A stretch of DNA of 64,000 nucleotides from Eledone cirrhosa (lineage: Eukaryota), in the NCBI GenBank assembly GCA_964016885.1, contig OZ024742.1, positions 124,620,001-124,684,000 of the forward strand, in the 5' to 3' direction. The translations under genes were made by a program, and so were the position numbers. Position 1 is the first letter of the stretch, and every line of letters begins with the position of its first letter. Below, one piece after another: positions 55,670 through 64,000 of the stretch. Below the pieces are notes generated by a model, which worked only from the letters and a program-made list of their open reading frames with translations, searched no databases and had not been told where the DNA came from.

Positions 55670-57117
55670 CTGTGTGTCTGTGTGTGCCTGTGTGTGAGTG
55701 TGAGGTAAAATGAAAACTGACGCTATGATGAAGTAATTGAGAATCTAATATCACACTGCATTGGTAAATGTAAAAGGAGACTTTCTTTTATACATAAAAT
55801 GTTTATGTACGAAATAATATGAACAACGGCTGGCGTTTGTTTGAAAATATTTAACAATATGCTTTGGGCATTATTTAACAAGATGTTTTGGGCCATCGTC
55901 CAAGATTCACGATCATAAATGTAAATAGTTTCAACAATGAAGTTAGTGTAGGCTTAGATAAAAGCATATTTCTGTAACTAAATTGAAATATATTTCACCA
56001 TATATGTCGAGAAAGTTCCGTCTCGTATATTTATTAAAATATTTCTAATATATATTTTTCAAGTCATAAATTCCGTTACATAATTTAATCCTTAAAATGT
56101 CTCATCAAATTTAATTTTTCATCGATACCTAAACTTGAACAATTTACCTCTTTTATATCATATGTATTATAACTATTTCGATAAATCCAAAATGCAACCT
56201 CCCCTCGAAATGATCTTTCATTTCAAAGAAATTGGACCACTGGTATGAAGGAATATTTTCGAGTAGCAAATGATTCAATATAAGATGGGTTATTTTAAGT
56301 GTATTAATTTGTGAAACTACTGCATAATGTAATGATACGAAGATAATTTTCAGGTAAAATTTCAGTTTGCTCTTAAAACTTGAATCTACAATTATTTGTT
56401 TAATATAAGGTTCATTTTAACGTATCAAATGCAAAATTTATATTAGATATCATTGGCTTCTATTCGATTGTTTTAAAACAAGAATACAGATATGTGTAAA
56501 CTAGAACTTTATACTAAGTTTAATTTCCTCAACGTTGAAATATATATAATTAAAACAAATTCAAATAATTCTGCAAACCATACAATGCACTAGAAAGAAA
56601 AAGAACATTATTAAGATAAAAAAGAATCTTACCTTAGCAAATTTAATAATCTCAAAAACTCGTTCACAATAAAATTACAGCATGAATAAACACATAAAAA
56701 TTAAACAGAGTGTGTGAAAATATATACATAAGCTAGAATACAAATAAAATTTAAAAAGAGGTTGAACATGATGTGCAACATTCCCTATATTTGCTAAGCT
56801 TAACAAAGATAGAGATATGAAACGTATATCTTTATATAACACTTTCATAATGTTGAGAGCTATCGGCAATCGGTACGTGTGCAAATTACATTCTGTTACT
56901 TATTCAGCTTACGTTCAAGCAATGATGTTATCTGACAAAACTATTCGATATATTGTAATAAAGATAGCTATTACAGTCCTGTATGTGTAAATCTACATTT
57001 TACTTAGAGCAATTTGATATATGTTTAAATGAAGTAGTCATTTAATCAAGTAAGATGCAATGATAATACATTAACAAAAAGAAATTGTGTGAATATGAAT
57101 ACAATGGAATATGTACA

Positions 57118-57250
57118 ATGCTTTCTAATGTTGGTACATGGCCAATAAATCTTTGGGGAAGTGTAAGTCGATTGCATCAACACCCGCGTTTTGCTGACGT
57201 TTATTTTACCGAAACTGGAAGGATGGAAGGCAAAAGAGACATCGGTAAGG
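57118..57250 (-). mobile_element. Decayed SINE (35716 family); another very old copy at ~54620-54770
   Basis: TTTCTAATGTTGGTACATGGCCA..TTTATTTTACCGA..GAAGGATGGAAGGCAAA. Confidence 0.55.
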
Positions 57251-59057
57251 TTTTGTTGAAACAGTTTTACCGAATGTTCTATTGTAGCACCTAGACAAGA
57301 TATTTGAAATAATAATACATGAAATACTTTCATATATTTCTAAATAATTCATTTCGTTTATATGAGAAATATATGTATGATTTCATTGTGGGAAAAACAA
57401 AAGTTAAAGAACAAGTTATTAATTTTTTATGAAAAATCATATATGTGTATTTCAATCCCATTCCTCTGATAGGATATTTTGTTCCCGGAAGATTTTTGTA
57501 CAGTTTTATATGAATTTTTGTTATTCAACGATATTAAGAATATAGTAACATTGACAGTAGTACATATTTCTTAAACATTTTTGTATTGAGAAATTCATCA
57601 CTGTTGATCTCATCCCCGTGGCAAACGTTCTCTTGAGGCTTATATGAATCTACTGCAATGATACTATCAAACTTTTGTAAGATTGTGATTAAAAGTTAGT
57701 GGCAATTTTTCATTCTATTAATAAACTTTTGACATTTCTGATAGAATGCAATATAATTACAAATAAAACAAGACAAATGAAGTTACTAATGTCATGTAAC
57801 TGTAGATAGATTGAAACATTTATCCGTAAAAATATTTATATCAAGAGACGATGATTGAGGCTTTTAAGGGTAAATCTGAGATTAACACACGCCTCTGCGG
57901 CAATTCTAAAAATATTACCTCTATAATTATTTCCTAATAGGATTTGAAACATTGAAAAGAATCTATCGAACATTATTTTGATACACTTGTGGAATAAGAG
58001 ATACATATCTTTATCTATTTTCGAATTTAAGATATGAATTTCGTATGGAATTTTATTTCTTCATGATGCAAGAGTGTTGTATAGTATTCTTAGGGGAATA
58101 CATTCTAGAAAGAGTAGTTTTTCTGTCTCTATTTACTAGAGACACTTCATATCAAAGTCAATAATTTCTGTAATAAACTCTCTTCGTCATACGAAACAAT
58201 AACTGTCTATTCGGCTCAGAAGTGGTTCTTTGGCTTTCTAATATTTAATAGATATATCCAAAATCCGATTGGCTAGGATTACCACATGACGTTTTGACAT
58301 ATGAGCAAGAATTATGCAATCAATAATGATTCTATTTATGTTTTCAGGAAGAAGGTATAGTTGACAGAATCAAGTAATCTCTCAGTATTATATTTCTTTA
58401 TTTTGAGATTAAAATTATACAAAGAACAACAAAAAAATTTGAAAAGAGAGATATTATAGGAAATTAAGATCTATATGGGTTTTAAGTTTGTAAATATTTG
58501 GTAGTACTATGTTGTTTTTTCAATGAAATATTTAGCTCATACTAGCATTAGAGAAAATATAGTGTGGAAGACGTAGACGATAGGGTACATGACTACGATG
58601 TTTTTTTCATCAATGAAATATTTAAATCAATATCATTAAAGAGAATATAGAATACATAAACACTAGGGTACAGGAATATCAGCTAAGAGCTCAGCATTTC
58701 ATAACGACCGGTTCAATGGACGTGACTATACTAAATATGATTAAATAATCCAGTCTATCAAACTAAATATAAAGACGAACAACTCACGATTTAAGTTGTA
58801 CAAATGCCGTTTTATTAGAACATATTTCTTTAACTTGCAATGTTAGCTTACTCACACAGCCATAGAAAATTTTAAATGTACATGAAATGAGTAACTTGTA
58901 CATGCAAAAGAACACATGAAACGGTAAAGAAAAATTATGATTTGTGAACATTACCACCAGCAATGCCAATTAAATGCTTATTTTCGTTTTGAATTTTGAG
59001 TTGCATATATCTACACTCTCCACCTAGCAATATATATACATATATATATATATATAT

Positions 59058-60130
59058 GAAAATCTCAAATACGTAAATGTTGGATCTAACCACCCCATCT
59101 CTATAATTAAATCTATCCCTAAAAATATTTCCCTTAGAATCTCGGGTCTATCTTCTAACATACAAGTATTTAAGGAACACGCCGAGTACTACGATAACGC
59201 CCTTAGTAAAGCAGGCTACCTCAACAAAATAGAGTATATAGATGGGAACAATCAAAACACCCAAAATAAATCCCACATAGGTAGATATAATAACACAACA
59301 CCAAACCACACTTACTACCGTAGTATGCACACCAGTAAACCAACAAACAAAACTAATAGAAAGCGATGCAAAGAGTACTTATGGTATAACCCCGAATACA
59401 ATAATTCCATTAGTACAAATTTACCAGTACTCTTCTTTAAAATAATTAAGAGACATTTTCCTACATCACACAAATACCACAAAATCCTAAACCCAACCAC
59501 TATAAGACTGTCATACTCTACAGCGTTAAACCTTGAACAACACATAAAAAAGATCAATACTAGAAGGTTAAACGAAAACACTGAGAACTTAAGTACAAAA
59601 AACACAAAAAAACGGTAGACAATACACTACAGAACATAAATAAACCACACCTAAGTTCGTCCGCAATACTACTCCAGAGAAAACCCAACGTACACAACTG
59701 TAACTGCACCTATCCTGACAACTGCCCCCTCGGCAATAACTGCCTGGAAAAAAAGATTATTTATAAGTGTACCATTAAATCCGGATGCAACGAGTGGTAT
59801 TACGTGGGATCAACGGCAACATCGTTCGAATCTCGATTATATAGGCATTCTTACTCAATAAAACACCAGAGCCAAAGAAATGTAACAACTTTAGCAGAAA
59901 AAGCTTGGACGCTCAGGGATAGCGATCAAAAGTTTACTCTAAAATGGGAGAAATTAGCTAAAACCAAAGCTTTTCCAGGAGCCAAAATTTCTGCAAAGTA
60001 TGTAATCTTGAGATTTATTACATAATCACACACAAGAAGAAATTACTGAATAACAGAATTGAACGAACATTATTCTGCCGTCACAGAACAAAAACCCTTT
60101 TTTCCCACTACAAGCCGAATATTACATAAA
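59058..60130 (+). pseudogene. PLE RT thumb + GIY-YIG remnant (frameshifted)
   Basis: KYVNVGSNHPISIIKSIP..RISGLSS..YYDNALSKAGY, LWYNPEY..HFPTSHKYHKILN..LSYS, CNCTYPDNCPLGNNCL, YVGSTATSFESRLYRH and LLNNRIE..FCRH. Confidence 0.9.
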
Positions 60131-60398
60131 AGAGGGACATCCCCCCAACTATATAAACCTCATTCTAGTTAGAAAAATATAAAAACAATCTCTTCTCAAC
60201 ATATATTAATAACCTTAAATTACCACACTAATAATGGAAAGATATGCTGATGAAAATAGGTGCAAATATGCGATAATGGATGTGTCTAAAATCGTCCATA
60301 AGTATGTATATATATGTGAAAATGTATATAAATGAGTAAATATATATATATGTTTGATGTGTATAGTAGGATGTAAGTGTATTCATGTATTAAAGTGG

Positions 60399-60456
<58 letters not shown>

Positions 60457-61030
60457 GTATAGATGTGTATGTATATGTATATGTGTACACATAGACTAGA
60501 GTATGTATGTATATATGTGTGTGTCTATGCGTGTGTATATAAAGATAAGTTGAGTATGAAAATGTATACACATGAACGCGTATGTATGTACATGAATACA
60601 TGTGTGTATATATATATGTATGCATGCGTATATGTATGTAAGTATGAATATGTGAATGTGAGTATATGTATTTTGTAGATGTGTGCAAATATATTTGTGT
60701 GTGAATGCGTGGGTGAAAGGATACGTACATTTGAAAGAAAAATTTAAGTCTGAATGTTAATTAAGTGCAAACACAAAACCAACCACGCATATCTTTACTA
60801 TCTCTAATCCTTCTATACATTTAGAAAAATAACCAATAATATATTCTATAAAAATGTCAAAACAACAGATGGGAATCTAATTACTCACTGCCACCAAAAA
60901 TTCTCACTGCTATCAACAAACCACTCCCTCAACTATTCTTCTAACAACTTCACCCCTCCCTCCTAATACTCTCTAGAAAAACCAAATAGGTCCTCAATAA
61001 TATTATTCTGATGAAATGACAGTAAATAAT

Positions 61031-61203
61031 TGTTTCTACTTTAGGCACAAGGCCAGTGCATTACTGGTACTTTATTTTATCGACCCCGTAAGGATGAAAG
61101 GCAAAGTCAACCTCGGCGGGATTTGAACTCAGATCGGAAAGGGATGTAACTATGCTGGAAAGCATGGCGTCCGACCTTCTACCGATACTGCCAATCCACC
61201 AAT
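61031..61203 (-). mobile_element. Full-length SINE with 17-bp TSD
   Basis: Same family as 35716. TSD AAATGACAGTAAATAAT at 61014-61030 and 61204-61220. Confidence 0.9.
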
Positions 61204-61460
61204 AAATGACAGTAAATAATAACATTGAAATATTGAATGTCTGCATAACTAAAACTTTGTAGATAGCAGCTGTTTTCAGGTTATGTAACTGTTATAGAAA
61301 CACGTGTCAATAAATTCCTTTCAACTAAACTGTATCCATTCAAATCTTTCTATTTTTCTCCGGATAACTTTTGGAACTACAACTGGAACCGTCGAGCAAA
61401 CTCTACGTGAGCTGTCAATCTACTGTGTGTAATATTTATATTACAATACAACGGAAAATA

Positions 61461-61523
<63 letters not shown>

Positions 61524-61858
61524 TACATATAGATATATAGATATATATCACGATAAATTGACGGAGTCATAGACTCTCGTTATTCCCTGCCAATACTGTG
61601 CTCAAAGGAAAAGGAATCCTGAGCTCTTTAAAATACAATATGTTGAAATGGTAACAAACTAGAGATAGGTAGTGCGCCATCAATATGGAATCTAAAATCT
61701 ATGGAAGGCACGTTAGACGCACAATAATAAAAAATATAAATTAAAATGTATATACGCACCTCTATAACTATATAACACACGCGTACAAATCCAAAGAGAT
61801 CTGTTTCGCCAGGAACTTGTTGACTGAAATGGAATAGCCTATGGTTCATCAGCGCGTG

Positions 61859-62007
61859 CAGTAATTACTCATTGCATTAATGGTACTTTATTTTATCGAC
61901 CCCGTAAGGATGAAAGGCAAATAAAACAACATTTGGAAAAAAGAAAAACACTCAATTCATTGAATTATTGAAATATCTAAAAGTATTCATCAATCGGAAT
62001 TTTAAAT
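61859..62007. repeat. 149-bp direct duplication of 62942-63090 (SINE piece plus unique flank)
   Basis: One mismatch seen by eye. Confidence 0.9.
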
Positions 62008-62198
62008 CTAAAGCGACCGTCCAGCTACACGTGGCAGAGAAATGTTACAGCGTGTTTAGGGCAGTGAACCAGTGGTATCTCTCTCTATATATATATGTAT
62101 ATATATATATATTGCTAGGTGTAGATATATGCAACTCAAAATAGTCCAGAAATAGCCGTCGAAACGGGTTGAGCTCTGCCGTCGGGGTCATACATTTT

Positions 62199-62251
<53 letters not shown>

Positions 62252-62336
62252 GTATAGTAATTATAATAAATTATTTGCTTAAACTTTAATCTGTTATTTT
62301 AATAAATATATATATATATATATATTATTTTAATAA

Positions 62337-62371
<35 letters not shown>

Positions 62372-62510
62372 CATATTTAAAGGTTAAACAAGGTTCAATG
62401 AATAAATCAAAGAATGAGATTTACAATAGATTGGAAGCACTCAACAAAAATGGTTTTCCGGAGTTATTAATTCAAAATATTAACAAAATAGAAATTCTTG
62501 TGATCAAGTA

Positions 62511-62577
62511 TATTTAATTATACATATTTCAGAGATACTGAGTTAACTTCAACAGTACGTCCTCATCAGATAAAATA
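62511..62577 (-). ncRNA. Type-I hammerhead in a minus-strand pLTR (~62380-62910)
   Basis: TATTTTAT-CTGATGA-GGACGTACTG..CAGTATCTCT-GAAATATGTATA-ATTAAATA. Tail motif at 62436-62464. Confidence 0.7.
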
Positions 62578-63439
62578 AGATGATGCATGACATACCCTGA
62601 CATAGTAGATGGTTAAGATTCAGTCATGGTAGTGAGTAATATATGATAAAACTCAATATGTATATACCTTAATATTGAAAACATGAGAAAAACATATAAT
62701 ACATACAATAGAGAGGGTGCGTATGAGAAAGCTTAAAAATTACCGTGCAGAAATATAACTGTTAAATAATTTAAATTACTGAAGAAAGAGGAAAGAAAAG
62801 AAAGGCATAGAGGAAGAAACAGATGAGGGGATAATATAGCTAGTAGGAGCCTAGAAAACAAAGGAGAGTTGATTAAAGAGAGAGAGATAAAGAGGAATAA
62901 CTTATGTAGTGTAATAATTGTTTCTGCGTTAGGCACAAGGCCAGTAATTACTCATTGCATTAATGGTACTTTATTTTATCGACCCCGTAAGGATGAAAGG
63001 CAAATAAAACAACATTTGGAAAAAAGAAAAACACTCAATTCATTGAATTATTGAAATATCTAAAAATATTCATCAATCGGAATTTTAAATATAATTGGCT
63101 TTATACATATGAAGGTTAATATCAAGTCTTTAGACAATTATCCATATATACAATATATATCTAAACATATCAGGTTGTCCGTTTATATTCAAAACATTTA
63201 ATTTAAGTTAGTTCAGAGTAATGAATAATATTTTAGGTTATAAAAGTTAATAAATATCTGTATTAATATTAAAGTATACTATTATATTTAATTTTTGAAA
63301 TCAAATTTTATGAAATCAAATTTAAAGGATTTACAAACACGAGAAAGAAAACATAATGTTTTTACAACCTCAAGAAGGTAAACTTTACTAAATTTATTAT
63401 ATAATATTAAATTATTTATAATATATTGAAAACAGTTTA

Positions 63440-64000
63440 TCTATATATATAAAACAGAGGATGTGTGTTTGTCTGTGTGTGTGGATGTTACATTATTCGA
63501 AGTTGGCGTCTACACGGCTTAACCGATCTCGCTCAAATTTGCATACATCACTCCTCATGACCCTTTACATTGCTAGGCTACTTTGTTTTTGATATGTCCC
63601 CCCAAGGGCCCGCAATCCACCTTTTTGTCTATTTTGGGTGAAATCGGGAGATGAGGTTGCATTTTATGCACGCGCGAAAAATTTTTCCTTTTGAGTTTTT
63701 TGACCCGGTTTTTTGCTAATATGGGTAGAAAAGAGTCTAAATGTTGTTGACGTGCTCGAATCATTTCGAAATTCGGTCGAGAGTGAAGCTCGAGGTCTAA
63801 TCTCCACTTCGTATATAGAGAGACAGGAATAACAGGTCTTATAGTAACATTACCTTCCCCTTCTTTAGAGAGAGAGGAAGATAGAGAGAGAAGTTTTGGG
63901 TGTCACAGAAATATTACATTCCCCTCTCCACTTTGGTCAGTGAGCGAACCACTGTTGCTATAGTAACATTACCTTCCCCCTCCCCCTTCTTTATTGAGCG
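63440..64000 (+). mobile_element. Probable non-autonomous Helitron-like element, 5' part
   Basis: Starts TCTATATATATAAAA, then a (GT/GTCT) tract and ACGGCTTAACCGATCTCGCTCAAATTT. Internal repeat TATAGTAACATTACCTTCCCC occurs twice. Confidence 0.5.

Larger units (their letters stand above)
59058..61463 (+). mobile_element. 5'-truncated Penelope-like element in (TA)n, with a SINE inserted in its HHR
   Basis: ORF remnant, 3' region and an HHR split across 61004-61313. TA tracts on both sides. Confidence 0.85.

Overview
This is AT-rich animal genomic DNA dense in (TA)n/(TG)n microsatellites. The SINE families look octopus/cephalopod-like from memory, which I could not verify. No confident host gene is present: only one weak candidate exon (3786-3911), and nearly all supplied ORFs are microsatellite artefacts. 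The window is dominated by decayed Penelope-like elements (PLEs): one RT remnant and about eight GIY-YIG endonuclease remnants. Their pseudo-LTRs (pLTRs) carry type-I hammerhead ribozyme (HHR) motifs, about 20 in total, ranging from intact to decayed. These insertions sit almost exclusively in (TA)n tracts and are repeatedly arranged as fold-back (inverted) pLTR pairs. Also present are a non-coding ~427-nt HHR-bearing retrozyme-like unit fused to PLE pieces, one fully paired monomeric HHR (50804-50880), a conserved ACTCC..GAGTGCT terminal motif, and a duplicated pair of convergent tRNA-like Pol III units with conserved upstream motifs. The remainder is tRNA-derived SINEs, LINE fragments (R4/Dong, CRE, RTE, CR1/L2-like), two mariner remnants and a probable Helitron end. 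All calls come from manual reading and translation; no searches or folding programs were run, and element boundaries are approximate.
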